Source: Octopus vulgaris (taxonomy: Eukaryota). From it: 64,000 nt of DNA. The position numbers were made by a program, and so were the translations under genes. This document shows, in pieces, positions 1 to 13,864 of the stretch (position 1 is its first letter; the number at the start of each line of letters is the position of its first letter). The notes below the pieces were generated by a model that did no database searches, was not told where the DNA came from, and worked only from the letters and a program-made list of their open reading frames with translations. The stretch is taken from the NCBI GenBank assembly GCA_951406725.2, contig CATOCA020000001.1, forward strand, positions 4,092,001-4,156,000, in the 5' to 3' direction.

Positions 1-1348
1 TCTCACATCCGCTTTCTCCCCCCTCTCTCTCTCTCTCTCTCTCTTTCCTACCCTCTCCCCATCTCTCTCTCTCTCTATTCCTCGCATCTACATCATATAT
101 TCGAGTTATCCCTCTTTCTCTCCTTTCTCTCACCATCTCGTTACACATTCATTTCAATCACTCCACCTCCCTTGCTACATCACTTACCTTATCCTCTCCC
201 TCACTTGCCGCAACTCTATGTCTCATACTCACACCCTCTCCCTCTCTGTTACCCCCATGCATTAACGTATCACACTCCGCCCTCTCCCTTTTCCCACTCC
301 CCCACCGCATTAGACATTACCCTTTCCCTCTTCCTTTAATTTTATTTCTCAGACGCTTCTGTCCTTCTAATAAATTATATTTTCAGATTTGCCTTAAAAT
401 TGTTTTCTTGTTTACGTTGATTACTAACTAATTAATTATTTAATTAATTTAATGAAAATAGTTCAGTCATTGAAGGACAATTTAAGAAACCTTTATTAAA
501 AGAATTGTCTTATAGAGGACTTCACATCATGCTAGAAATAACTGTCAAGTGCACAGAAATGTGTGTTCTTTTTCATAGAGAACTGAAAGGTCTTAAAGAA
601 TCATAAATCTGCCCCCGTCAAAGTGGTCAGTATTGATGCTGAAAACACAAACCAAGGGACTTCAAATTCCCTTTGTTTATCCTTTTTTATGTATGTAAGT
701 GAAGGATAACTTCAGAAAACTTTATGAAACAATCTGACCCCTATATTGTCTCGCATCATTCAAGAAAGACCAACGATGCTTCGTATTGTACTACAGGTGG
801 TCCGGTATCTTGCTAGAAATAATAGCTCATTGTATCATTTTCATGCACGACTGAAGGATACTTTAAAAAGCATCTGGAGAAATATTGTCCATCTGGTGGT
901 CTTACGTGATGCTAGAAATAACAGCCACGTACGCTAAAATTTTGTATTGTTTTCCTATAAGAAATAAGGACACTTAAAAAACCCTCTACACACACACACA
1001 CATATCCTTCGCTGTGCTTCTCCAATTCTTTCACTCCCTCTCTCAACCGATACACTCCCTCTCCCATCTTTGTCTCAGAGGAGACCCCCTCACTCTCTCT
1101 CTCTCTCTCTCTCCCTCTTTACCACCTCATATATCATAATATCCCTCTACTTTTGCTTTCTCGCCCACGTCAATCCCTCCCCCCTCAATTTCCAAACCTC
1201 TCTGTCGCCATCTCTCTCTCTCTCCCCCCACCTCATTATATAATGCTCTATGACTACGCCTTCTTTGCTTTTATCTCTTACCTCATACTTTCCCTCTTTT
1301 GCTAAGCTTATATATCCCTCTTTACTCCCTTTCTATCTCTCTCTCTAT

Positions 1349-1394
<46 letters not shown>

Positions 1395-1856
1395 TTGTCT
1401 GTCTCATTATTTGCCTCTCTCTTTCTCACTCTCTTTTCTTACTCTCTCTCTCTCTCTCTATCTTCCAACCCCTGTCACTGTCACTCCCCCCTCTCTCTCT
1501 CTCTTACCTCATTATATATTAACTCTCCGCCTATTTTCTCCTTGTCTCTCAACTCCTACTCTCCCTCTCTATCAATTATGTTTTGTTCTAATCCTCTCTC
1601 TCTCTCTCTCCTTCTTACTCTCCATCTTTCTCCCTCTCTTTCCGTCTCTCGCTTTTTCTCCCACTCACTCTCCCTCCTTCTCTCTTCAAAGAACGAAAGA
1701 ATCACTTCGACTTTCTTTCTTTCTTTTCTTTTCTTTCTTCCTTCCTTCCTTCCTTCCTTTCTTTCTTTCTTTCTTTTTTTTCTTTCCTGCTTTCTTTCTT
1801 CCTTTCCTTTCTTTTCTTTTCTTTCTTTCTTTCTTTCTTTCTTTCCTTCTTCCTTC

Positions 1857-1911
<55 letters not shown>

Positions 1912-1936
1912 TCCTTTCTTTCTTTCTTTCTTTATT

Positions 1937-1976
<40 letters not shown>

Positions 1977-2224
1977 GTTTCTTTATCTTTTTGAGCCTTT
2001 GCTTCTTTTTTCTTCCTTTACATATTTCCTTCTTTCCTTGTTTTCTTGTTCTTTCTCTCTTTCTTTCCTCTTCCTTTTTATCCTTCTTTCTTTCTCACCT
2101 TTTTCCTTTCCTTCTTTTCTTCTTTCTTTCGTTTTTGTTTCTTTTGTTTTTCTCTTTCCTTTTCTCTCACACATTCTCTCTATCTTTTTTTATTTCTTTC
2201 CTTCTTTCTTTCTTTCTTTCTTCC

Positions 2225-2289
2225 TATTTGTCTCTAGCCTTGTTTCCTTCTTTCATTCATTCTTTCTCTACTATTACTATCTTCTATTC

Positions 2290-2328
<39 letters not shown>

Positions 2329-3067
2329 ATTTGTCTCTAGCCTTGTTTCCTTCTTTCATTCATTCTTTCTCTCTTACTATCTTCTATTCTCTCTCTCTTT
2401 CTCTCTCTTTCTTTCTCTCTTTCTTTCTTTCTTTCTTTCTATTTGTCTCTAGCCTTGTTTCCTTCTTTCATTCATTCTTTCTCTCTTACTATCTTCTATT
2501 CTCTCTCTCATTCTCTCTCTCTTTCTCTCTTTCTTTCTCTCTTTCTTTCTTTCTATTTGTCTCTAGCCTCGTTTCCTTCTTTCATTCATTCTTTCTCTCT
2601 TACTATCTTCTATTCTCTCTCTCTTTCTCTCTCTCTTTCTTGCTCTCTTTCTTTCTTTCTTTCTTTCTATTTGTCTCTAGCCTTGTTTCCTTCTTTCATT
2701 CATTCTTTCTCTACTATTACTATCTTCTATTCTCTCCCTCTCTTTCTCTCTCTCTTTCCTTCTTTCTTTCTTTCTATTTGTCTCTAGCCTTGTTTCCTTC
2801 TTTCATTCATTCTTTCTCTCTTACTATCTTCTTTTCTCTCTCTTTCTCTCTCTCTTTCTTTCTCTCTTTCTTTCTTTCTTTCTATTTGTCTCTAGCCTTG
2901 TTTCCTTCTTTCATTCATTCTTTCTCTCTTACTATCTTCTATTCTCTCTCTCATTCTCTCTCTCTTTCTCTCTTTCTTTCTCTCTTTCTTTCTTTCTATT
3001 TGTCTCTAGCCTCGTTTCCTTCTTTCATTCATTCTTTCTCTCTTACTATCTTCTATTATCTCTCTCT

Positions 3068-3098
<31 letters not shown>

Positions 3099-3171
3099 AT
3101 TTGTCTCTAGCCTTGTTTCCTTCTTTCATTCATTCTTTCTCTCTTACTATCTTCTATTCTCTCTCTCTCTT

Positions 3172-3202
<31 letters not shown>

Positions 3203-3387
3203 ATTTGTCTCTAGCCTTGTTTCCTTCTTTCATTCATTCTTTCTCTCTTACTATCTTCTATTCTCTCTCTCTTTCTCTCTCTCTTTCTTGCTCTCTTTCT
3301 TTCTTTCTTTCTTTCTATTTGTCTCTAGCCTTGTTTCCTTCTTTCATTCATTCTTTCTCTCTTACTATCTTCTATTCTCTCTCTATT

Positions 3388-3426
<39 letters not shown>

Positions 3427-3490
3427 ATTTGTCTCTAGCCTTGTTTCCTTCCTTCATTCATTCATTCTCTCTTACTATCTTCTATTCTCT
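2225..3490. repeat. Minisatellite, ~12 copies of a ~100-115 bp CT-rich unit
   Basis: The core tatttgtctctagccttgtttccttctttcattcattctttctctcttactatcttctattc recurs about every 110 bp, separated by variable (CT)/(CTTT) spacers. Confidence 0.9.
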
Positions 3491-3979
3491 CTCTCTCCTT
3501 CCCCTCTTTCTCCCTCTCATTCTCATCTCGTTCTTTATTACAGAATCACTTCACGTTTTTTTCTTTCTTTCCATCTTTCTTCCTCACTTTCTTGTTCTGT
3601 TTCTTTTTTCTTCCTTCATTTCATTATTCCTTCCTTCCATCTTTTCTTTCTTTCTTTTTCCCTCCCATCCTTCCCTTCTTTCTTCTTTTCTCTCTTGATT
3701 TCCTTCTTTCTCGTTGTCTCTTCCTCCCTCTCTCCTCTCACTTTCTCTTTTGTCATCTCTGTAACCCCATCTCTCAATCCTCCCTCTCTCTCTCTCTCTC
3801 TCCTTCAAACCCATCTCTTTGTCTCCCTCTTCTTCTCTCTCTTTAACTCTAACCCTTCCTGTATCTGACTGTCTGTCTGTCTACCTGTGTGTCTCTCTCT
3901 CCTTTTCTCTGCTTCTCTCTCTCTCTCGCTCTCTCACCTCATTATTTATTACTCTACCATTCTGCCTCTCTTCCCATTT

Positions 3980-5795
3980 ATAAGTCTGAAACCTATTTAG
4001 GGGTAATTTGGGGTCGCTAAGTTTTAAAATAGCAATATTTTTCTTTTCTATCACATCACGTGATATTTCCCCATGGACTGGTCCATATTAACCGACCCAT
4101 AGCTCCATCTTTCAGAAATTTCTCGATGTGTTTTTGGTAGAGTAGCTTAGCAGTAAGAATCTCAGAGTCAGTTGAGCATTCAGTGAGTGAGGTTGTGACG
4201 CTCTGTTGGCCTCGTATACATACATGTATAGAAGCGTGTTTCCTAATATCTCTGTGCTTCAACGCTCGGTCGTCTCAATCTGCTTTGTTAATCTCTTCTT
4301 ACTATCAACAAATGTACAAAAGACATCATCGTTAAACATTTCTGTTGAATATTTATTTTATCCAAGTATTTCGACATCTATTTAGACAAACCTAGATACA
4401 TAAATATGCTCTTTGTTCTTTTCTCTCTTTTCACATTTATCTCCTGAATTAATGCAGAGGTTCAGTCGCATGGTGTCATTGCGAAGGAAATGATTGAAAT
4501 TCCCTGACACCTGTGGGTGTTTTACAGTATCAAGTCCAAGAATGAACATTGCTCAATTGACTTACCTGAAGATTAAAGTTGGCAATCGGTATAAATCATG
4601 GGTCCCGCTCAATATATGTAAACCCGGTGCCGAAAAATCTATGCCAATCAACAAAGGACTCAAACAAACAACTAACTTTTGGCATTCCTATGGCATGGTA
4701 AGAACCGAAGAACCATATTAAAGATTGCTACTTTTGTCTCACAAATTCTTCTGGTTATAGCAAGAGATTGCGACAGAACAAATCTGGATTCATCAAATCG
4801 TCCAATGTTTCACCCAGAACCCAGTTTCAAGGATCTACCGTCATTGCAAGATAAAACTGGTATATGTGAAGTAGATGTAAAACATGAAGATGACAGTGAT
4901 ACAGACTTTGTAGTAACATCGACCAAAGAACGTGAAAACCAGGCAGAACTCAAGTATTTCGTTAGAGACCTAGGACTGTCACAAGAGTTATCGGAACTTA
5001 TCTTCTAGGCTTAAAGAGAAGAATGTGTTGCAGAAACGTGACTTTTTATCAGAACAAAGAAAAAGTCCTCTTAGCATTCATTACAACTGAAAATTATTTT
5101 GTTTACTGTTGTGACGTGGCGGGGCTGTTAAATGCGATGGGTGGTGGATACTATGACCGTAGTGAGTTTATAGATAGCTGAAAGAAGTGTCTAAAATGTT
5201 TGTTAGTCCATAATTGAAACTTGTTTGCTGCGCTTCCTATTGGTCACTCTGTGAACTTAAAAGAGAATTATGATCACATAAAAGTTGAATTAGATTTACC
5301 CAAATCTGATGAACACAAATGGGTCATATGTGTGGATCTAAAAATGCTCAACTTTTTACTTGGTCAACAAAGAGTTTACACAAAACATCCGTCTTTCCTG
5401 GGTTTATGCGATAACCAAACGAGAGACAATCATAGGGAGCCGGAAACTCTGGCAAGTAAGGAAAAGTTTGACTTCTGGAGAGAAGAATATCATACACGAA
5501 ACACTTGTTGAGCGAGAGAAAATCATCTTCTCAACCCTTCATTTTAAACTAGGACTAATGAAGTAATATATCGAAGCTCTTAATGTGGAGAGTAGCTGTT
5601 TCAAATTCATATGTTTAGCATTTCCTGTGTTATGATAAAATAATGGATGGTGTTTTTTGATGGGTCACAAATCCGAAAGTTAATGAAATGCCAGACATTC
5701 TCGTGCTCGAGGACTGACGTAGAAAAAAGAGCATGGGATTCATTTGTGGCTGTTGTGAAAGGATTTGTAGCGAGTGAAAAGGCTGAGAACTACAA
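3980..5795 (+). mobile_element. Degenerate DNA transposon, Chapaev3-like (CMC group) transposase, 3'-truncated
   Basis: Fragmented frames give VRDLGLSQELSEL, LPIGHSVNLKENY, WVICVDLKMLNFLLGQQ, LHFKLGLMK and FDGSQIRKLMK...AWDSFVAVVKGF. These match a transposase family I recognise as Chapaev3. Many stops and frameshifts. Confidence 0.7.
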
Positions 5796-5861
5796 TAAGG
5801 ATTCATTATTTATTTGTCCTCATTTTGTTTGTTGTTCTCATTCCGAAGGTATTTTTCGATG

Positions 5862-7019
5862 TTATTATTATTATTAAGGTCATTGCCTGGATTCGAACTC
5901 GGAATCTTGGGGTTAGTAGCCCGCATTCTTAATGACTACGCCTGTGGGCAATTATGGAGTGAATTTTATGGGTTATAAACCTAATATTTCCCTATCCTTC
6001 CTTAATACCGGTTCCCATATGCTGCTCATATCTGCACTCGGTCTGCTTAGGAGGATGTTGTGTCTTTGCATATGTGCTGCTTCTTTTAGTTTTCCGTATT
6101 TTCCAGTGGTGTTCTCTGTCTATTATTTTAACTTCATCCCACCCGGATGAGGTGGTCTCCATTTTTCCATACATGATCACCTATACCCGTTTTATCAATA
6201 TCTCCTCGTGTCACAGCTTTGCGATGTGCGTCTACCCTTATTTTGAGTGGGAGGCATGTTTCGCCTTTGTATAACCTACCACAGCTGCATGGGATGGAGT
6301 ACACGCAGTCTTTGGTCACATTCTCTTCTATTGGTGGTTTAACTCGAGGGAAATATTTGTTAAGTGTTGTATTACTCTTGAATGCTGTTCTGATGTCATA
6401 TGGACCGCATATCTTTTGTATCTTTTCGGAGAAGCCTTTCACATAGGGTAGACAGACTGTGGACATTTTATTGGTTTCATCCTCTCTTTTCTTCATAATT
6501 AGAGTGGATTGTATATTTTGGGGTAGTTGTTACTTAATAGATTGTTACTTAGCTTGATCATTTCTTCGTTGTGGGTATCACAATCGCTACTTATATTCTT
6601 TACTCGATGTTTTAGGCACTGAGCAATCCCTCTCTTTACACTGTATGGATTGTAGGAATTGAAGTTGAGGTATCGTCCGGTGAAGGTCGGCTTGTAGTAT
6701 ACGGATGTCCTGAATCCATACTTGGTGCATGTTACTAATACGTCCAGGAATGCCAGCTGATTGTATTTCTCCTTTTCCATTGTGAACTGTATGGATGGCT
6801 TTATTGAGTTCACATGATATAACAGAACTTGGCCATATTCCTGGTGGGGCCAGACTATAAACGTGTCATCAACATATCGCAGCCATAGGGTTGGTTTTAG
6901 TGGTGTTGATACTAAGATTCACTCCATAATTGCACACGGGCATATGACGCAGTGGTTAAGAGCGCGGGCTACTAACCCTAAGATTCCGAGTTCGATTTTC
7001 GATTCCAGACAGGGACCTA

Positions 7020-7072
<53 letters not shown>
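5862..7072 (-). mobile_element. Penelope-like retroelement (RT C-terminus + GIY-YIG endonuclease), 5'-truncated, with inverted terminal repeats
   Basis: Minus strand gives KPTLWLRYVDDTF (~6855-6900), IQFTMEKE...LAFLDVLV...YYKPTFTGRYLNFNS and CVYSIPCSCGRLYKGET...RVDAH. Inverted ~100 bp repeats lie at 5862-5964 and 6917-7072. Confidence 0.85.
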
Positions 7073-7074
<2 letters not shown>

Positions 7075-7507
7075 TGGAAAATATGTAGTACTCCTTGGAG
7101 TAGTCCGTCCGCTTTGGTCCTCCCGTGAATCCCACCTCTCACCTGTGGTTCATCAATGCTATCTGCATGCAACAGTATCCACACCAGGCTCACGGCTTCC
7201 ACAGGCTGGCTAAACCATGGTAAGGGTAGCACACGGCCTTTAACCATTGGTGGACTAGGGCTTGTCTATCTAAGGATGTGAACCGGTTGAGTGTGCTGAG
7301 GAAACCACTAGACAGGCTCAACGGACCGCAAGCTTTGTGGAGGGTGAACTGCAACCTGTCTGTAGTTTTCTTGACTTCATCCTTCCACTGGAATCACAGA
7401 GGAAGGGACGAGAGAGTGAGCCAGATGCTATTGTGCAACCTTCCCTCACTTTAATCCATGTCACGCTCAATTCAAGATATCACACCATCCCAGGGTCAAG
7501 TAAAATA

Positions 7508-7744
7508 TTGGGTTGGTGCATAATTATTGCGGCTTTTTTCAACAAATATTATTCAACAAAAACAATAAAAATATTTATCAAAAACATCTTTACATGATCG
7601 TCTATCAAGCGAATGGGAAGCAGTTATTGAAGTAGATGGTGAATATGCTCCGGAATAATCATTTAAAGATGTTTTGTTACATGTTATTGTTTTTGTTGAA
7701 TAAAATTTGTTGAAAAAAGCCGCAATAATTATGCACCAATCCAA
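7508..7744 (+). mobile_element. Mariner-derived MITE
   Basis: TIRs TTGGGTTGGTGCATAATTATTGCGGC... and ...GCCGCAATAATTATGCACCAATCCAA, flanked by TA. Interior keeps the mariner C-terminus (EWEAVIEVDGEYAPE*). Confidence 0.85.
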
Positions 7745-8569
7745 TATATGGACACACACACACACAAGTCGGTCGACAATGGCAAAGAGACGGATGGAAC
7801 AACGGTTCGCTTATTGATGAGAGAAACGGATGTGAGGACATCTGGATGGAACGCCTCTTCAGAGAGCATCGTGCGGTGTGTGGAGGGAGAGAAAGGGACG
7901 GAGCGATGGCGAGTGATGCCTATTATTAAAAAGAGAGAGAATAATATAAAATAGTGTTTATAACACATTATCGATAAATATCGAACATTGATCAATGGAA
8001 TTAGTACAGATTGCGACTCCACGTCGCTGATTCGTTTTTTATTTCGCTTTTTCACATTTCCAATTCTTTACTTTTCCTTTCACTCTGCCTGCAATCGTCA
8101 CACAGTTTGCATGGTCGCTGGAGTGAAGTGGCTTAGAGGTTAGGGGCATTCGGCTTAGATTTGGGGTGATATATTAATATATGCTGAGGTGGGAGAGAGA
8201 GGATTTTCTAAGTACCCTTAATTTTTATATGAGTGACAACACAAAACTTTGATATACTTGGCTGTTATTTCTAGCATCACCTAGGCCCACCAATTGTATA
8301 TTATTCCTCCGGATGCTTCTTAAGTCTCCTTCAATCTTTCATGAAAAACAATGCAGAATATAGTGTATTGAACTGTTATTTCTACCATCTTACCCGACCA
8401 CCTGTAGGACAATATGTTTGATAGACGCTTCGTCAAGTGTCCTGCTTTTATAAAATAAAAACTTTAGGAATTTCAAGGTGTTTGGTTGCTGTTTCACGAA
8501 TGATGCGAGACAATAGAGAGGTGAGATTCTTTTATAAAAGTCGAAATTGTTTTGGGAGGGAAACAATGA

Positions 8570-9552
8570 GATTAAGGGAAAGAAAGAGAGTGAGAGAGAG
8601 AGAGAGTAAAAAGAAGGAAAGAATGAAAGAGAGTGTGAGAGAGAGAGAGAGAGAGAGAAAGGAAGAATGAAAAGAGAAAAAAAGAAGGAAAGAAAGAAAA
8701 GCGCAAGGAAGGAATAAAGTAACGTGATTCTGTAATAATGCATGAAATGAGAACGGAAGAAAGAAAGAAAGAAAGAAAGGAAGGCTGGAAGGAAGGAAGG
8801 AAGGAAGAAGGAAGGAAGGAAAGAAGGAAATAAGGAATGAAGGAAATAAGGAAGTAAAAGAAGGAAGGAAAGAATGGCAGTAAGGAAAGAAAGAAGGAAA
8901 AAAAGGCAGTAAGGAAAGAAAGAAAGAGAGACAGAAACAAAGAAAGAAAGAAAGAAAGAAAGTAAAAAGAAAAGAAAGAAAGAAAGAGAGAAAGAAAGAA
9001 AGGGAGAAAGAAAGGAAGAAAGGGAGAAAGTAAGAAAGAAAGGGAAACAGAAAAGAAAGAAGGTTAGAAGGAAAAAGAGGGAAAGATAGAAAGAATGAAG
9101 GGAAAAAAAGAAAAAAGAAAGAAAGAAGGAAAAAAGAAGGAAAGAAAGTGAGAAGGATAAGAGCAGGGTGAGAGGGAGAGAGAGAAAAAGGAGACAAGGA
9201 AAGGAAACGAAGCAACGACAGAAAAAAGAAAGGAAGAAAAATGAAAGACGGATTGAAGAAGGAAAGATGAGAGGGAAGAAAGAAAAAAAGAATGAAGGGT
9301 AAGAAGAAGGAAATGAAAAACAGAAAGTAAACAAAGAAATAAGGAAAATAAAGGAAGGAAGGAAAGAAAGAATGAGAGAAATGAAGGAAGGAAGAAAGAA
9401 AGAAAGAAAGGAAAGAAAGAAAGAAAAAGGAAAAAGGAAATGAAGAAAGAAAGAAAGAAAGAAATGAGGGAAATGAAGGAAGAAACAAACAAACAAACAA
9501 ACAAAGAAACAAATAAAGAAGAATGAAAGAAAGAAAGAAAGAAAGAAAGAAA
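8570..9552. repeat. Purine-rich (GAAA/GGAA) low-complexity tract
   Basis: ~1 kb of almost pure A/G. Confidence 0.9.
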
Positions 9553-10767
9553 GTGTGTGTGTATACGAAGAGCCTCTTTCAGTTTCCGTCTACCAAGTCA
9601 ACTCTTAGTTCGACCCGAAGATATAACAGAAGACATTCGGACAAGGCGCCACGCAGTGATACCGAACCTGGAACCATACGGTTGGGAACCAACTTTCTTA
9701 CCGTAAAGCCCTGTCTGTAATTTTAGTTGATAAAACAAATAAAATCTTCGGATACATGTTTCTGATAGTTGAACTTTCTGCTCCACATGTATTCATGGAG
9801 AGAAGGAGGCGTGAAATATTTCACGCTATGGCTGTAATATCGTTTCTTTTAATTCAGCTGACATCCATCTCGATAATCTTTCGTTTTAAGTATTCACGCG
9901 CAGAAAGAAAGAATACAGAAAAATCTGCAAACCAAATAAATTAAATGTGATTTCTTTTCAAAGTGAAATATATTCCAAAATTGCTAATTGATTTAAGATA
10001 TGGCTGAGGGTACTCTGCCTGTTGTTTCTAGCTCAAAGAAGGTCGCATCTATGGAGAGAGAAGGAACGTGTCTCCATGGACTTCACCATCTGCATTCAGG
10101 ATGGGAATAAAAAGACAATAAACTGAAAAGCAAAAACAGTGTCGATATGAGGTACCTGGCTGTTATTTCTAGCATGATGCGAGGCTAAGCTTAGGAGAAT
10201 ATCCTAAACGTTCTCTGACGCTTCATCAGAGCGAACGATTTGCACGAAACTTGTTTAAACAGCGGAATTAAGTCTGACCCTCTTCTAAGTGCTGTGTATT
10301 GCGTCGCCGAATGGAAGCTTGGCCGCATCCACAAAGGGAAAAAGGATGAAGAAACGCGAATGCGCGTTGACTTGTGATTTCAGTTGCTGCAGCATCCAAC
10401 CTATGATTTGTATTGAGATGTAAGTGTGAACGATTGGAACCAAATGCAGCTGAAAGGCACGAGGAATTCTGAAACTTTCATTATTACACCGGATCGATGT
10501 ATTTAATTATTTAATTAATGATTAATTACAGACTTACACTATGTATGTGTGTCCGCGCGTGTGTGTGTTTACATTTTATTAAACCCCATGGCTTCACGAC
10601 CAGTGTTTGGTTGTTTACGTCCCTGCGGTCGACTTTGCCTTTCATCCTTTCGGGGTCGATAAATTAAGTACCAGTTACGCACTGAGGTCGATGTAATCGA
10701 ATTAATCCGCTTGTCTGTCCTTGTTTGTCCCCTCTATGTTTAGCCCCTTGTGGGTAATAACGACAGA

Positions 10768-11480
10768 GTAACTTAGTCGTTTGGCAAAAGTTACCGACAG
10801 AAGTATTATGCACGCACGCACACACACGCACATGCTGGAGTACTCCCTTCAATTGAAATTCCTGATAAGTTTACTCCAGCCTGGCCGCTGTGCAATGACT
10901 GAACCCCTTAAAAAAACGTAAGGTCTCAATGAAACACTCCTTTCTTCTTCCCTAAACATATTCGCCAATTTCGAAAGACTTCAATGAATTATTTACATTA
11001 AAACAGATTTGGAAATGAAAGAATGACAGAAAGGAAAGAAAGAAAGAAAGAAGGAAAGAATGAGAGAAATGAAGGAAGGAAGAAAGAAAGAAGGAAAGAA
11101 AGAAAGAAAGAAAGACAGAAGGGAAAAAAGAAAGAAAAAGGAAAGAAACAAAAAAGAAAGAAAGAAAGTAACTTAGTCGTTTGTCAAAAGTTTCCGACAG
11201 AAGTATTATGCACGCACGCACACACACGCACATGCTGGAGTACTCCCTTCAATTGAAATTCCTGATAAGTTTACTCCAGCCTGGCCGCTGTGCAATGACT
11301 GAAGCCCTTAAAAAACGTAAGGTCTCAATGAAACACTCCTTTCTTCTTCCCTAAACATATTCGCCAATTTCGAAAGACTTCAATGAATTATTTACATTAA
11401 AACAGATTTGGAAATGAAAGAATGACAGAAAGGAAAGAAAGAAAGAAAGAAGGAAAGAATGAGAGAAATGGAGGAAGGAG
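10768..11480. repeat. Direct tandem duplication, period ~400 bp
   Basis: The block starting gtaacttagtcgttt...gacagaagtattatgcacgc occurs at 10768 and 11168, nearly identical over ~310 bp. Confidence 0.9.
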
Positions 11481-13864
11481 GAAGAAAGAAAGGGAAGTAA
11501 GAAAGAAAGAATGGAAGGAAGGAAGGAAGAAAGAAAGAAGGAAAGAAAGAAAGATTTGGAAATCTTCACAGATTTTATTTCACAAAACAGAACCTGATAC
11601 AGTTTCAGGCAAAAAGGGATGCAAGAAGAGTTACTATCCTTACCGTTCGCTCCTCCCATCTAATTATATAATTCACCTTGACTCCACCCATTTCATTTAT
11701 TACCTCCTACCCTTCCTCTATTTGCAAATATATTCATCGTCCTTTCTCTCTCTCTCGCTCCCTCTTTCTCTGTCTCTCTGTCTCTTTCTATTCTCTCATC
11801 TCATTATTTATTACAGAATCCTCCCACTCTCTTCTTTTCCGTCTTAACCTCGCCCCCCCCCGTTCTCTACATTGCTAGACACATATCCCTCTCTCTCTCT
11901 CAGTCGTTCTTTCTCTCTCTCTCTCTCTCCCCCTCCCTTACTCTATATATCTTTCTATATCACTCCGTCACTCTTCTTTCTCTCTCTCTCTCTCTCCCTC
12001 CCTTCCTCTCTCTCCCATTCGTCCTTTCTCTCTCTCTCTCCTCCTCCCTTAATCTATATATCTTTCTGTATCACTCTGTCACTCTTCTTTCTCTCTCTTA
12101 CCTCATCCTCTCTTTCTCTCTCCCTCTTTTTCTCTCTCTCTCTCTCAGTCGTCCTTTCTCTCTCTCTCCTCCTCCCTTACTCTATATAACTTTCAATATC
12201 ACTCCGTCACTCTTCTTTCTCACTCTTTCTCTCTCCCTCCCATCCTCTCTCTCTCAGTCGTCCTTTCTCTCTCTCTCTCTCCCCCTCCCTTACTCTATAT
12301 ATCTTTCTATATCACTCCGTCACTCTTCTTTCTCTCTCTTTCTCTCTCCCTCCCTTTCTCTCTCGTCTACCAAAACACGTCAATCATCTTCTCCCTCTTT
12401 GTCTCCTTTCTCTCAGCCTCTCATTTTCAACACACCTCCGCCTTCCTTTCTATATTACCTCATTCTCTCCTCTTGCTTCAAATATATATCAGTCTCTCTC
12501 TCTGTGTCTGTCTGTCTCTCTCTCTCTCTATCTATCTATCTCTCTTTCTGTTTCTCTTTCTCTTTTGGTATCTCTCTTTCTTTCATTCTGTGTCTCTCTT
12601 TCTGTCTCTCTATCTGTCTCTCTTTTTCTCTCTTCCTTTCTTTCTCTCTCTCTCTTTCTGTCTGTCTGTCTGTAGGTTTCTCACTCTCTTTCTCTCTCTT
12701 TGCATATTATACGTTAATGTTGGTTCCATCATTCTGTCTGTCTGTCTGTCTGTCTGTCTCTTTCTCTTTCTGTCTCTCTCTTTCTGCCTTTTTATTTCTG
12801 TCTCTCTCCCTCTCCCTCTCTCCCTCTCTCCCTCCCTCTCTGCTATCTTCATTTCTATGTCTCACACCCCATTCTCTCTCTCTCTCTCTCACTCTCCCTC
12901 TTTCTCTCACTTTGCACATTATACATTAATGCCGATTCCGTAGGTTTCACTTTCTCTTTCTTTTCCTCTCTCTCTCTTTCTATCTTTCTGTCTGTCTGTC
13001 TCTCTCTCTCTGTCTCTCTGTCTGTCTCTCTCTCTCTCTCTCTCTCCTTGCACATTAAACGATAATGTCGTTTCCTTATGTGTCACTCTCTCTTCTTTCT
13101 TTCTTTCTTTCTTTCTTTCGTTCTTTCTTTCTTTCCCTTCCGCTTTCTTCCTCATTATATCTTACCCTTTCCATCTTCCTTTCTTTTTATTTCTGAGACG
13201 CTACTTTCTTTCTAATAAATTATATTTTCAACTTTGCCTTAATTTTTTTTCTCTAGTTTCTGTTGAGTAGAAACAAATAAATCATGTAACTAATGATTAA
13301 TTACATAATTAATGTGTAATTCATAATTGAAGTAATTAAATAGTTCAATCAGTGATTGAAAATTTATGAAACATTTATAAAAAGAATTGTCCTATAAATA
13401 ATTTCCCATCACGCTAGAAATAACCACCAAGTACACGAAGATATGCGTTGCTTTTGATAGAAAATTGAAAGGCACTTTAAGAGGGGTTTGTAGTCAGCCC
13501 CAAACACAAAACAAGGGACTTCATATCCTCAGAGTCTAATCCTTCATTTTTTATATAAATGAAAGGCAGTTACGATGAATTTATAAAAGAAACTCTCTTC
13601 TATAATGTCTCGCATCCTTCGAGAAACATCAACCAAGGGACATCGGATCTGCGATGTTGTTTCATATAAAAAAGGATATTTGATGTAGCGTCTATAAAAT
13701 AATAATGAAGCTTGATAGTTTACCATTCCTTATGTGAGCTTTGGCTGTGATATCTAGCAGTTCCAGAGGTCTTGTGCTGATTGCAGAAAAGAGGGAATTA
13801 AAGAGTAAGAACCGGAAGTGTAAAAAGCGAAATTCTAAATGTCAAAAGTAAAACGAATCAGTTA

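Noticed and set aside
1250-3846. Overlapping F/L/S ORFs, and a superficially CRISPR-like repeat-spacer pattern at 2225-3490
   Set aside because: Low-complexity translation. The spacers are microsatellites, the context is eukaryotic and there are no cas genes.
6940-7012. Possible tRNA gene
   Set aside because: No complete cloverleaf, an internal duplication in the T arm and an (AAT)n tail. Treated as an element terminus.
10290-10426. CpG-containing stretch ending in a GTAAGT donor consensus (possible plus-strand first exon)
   Set aside because: No downstream exon found and no other support.
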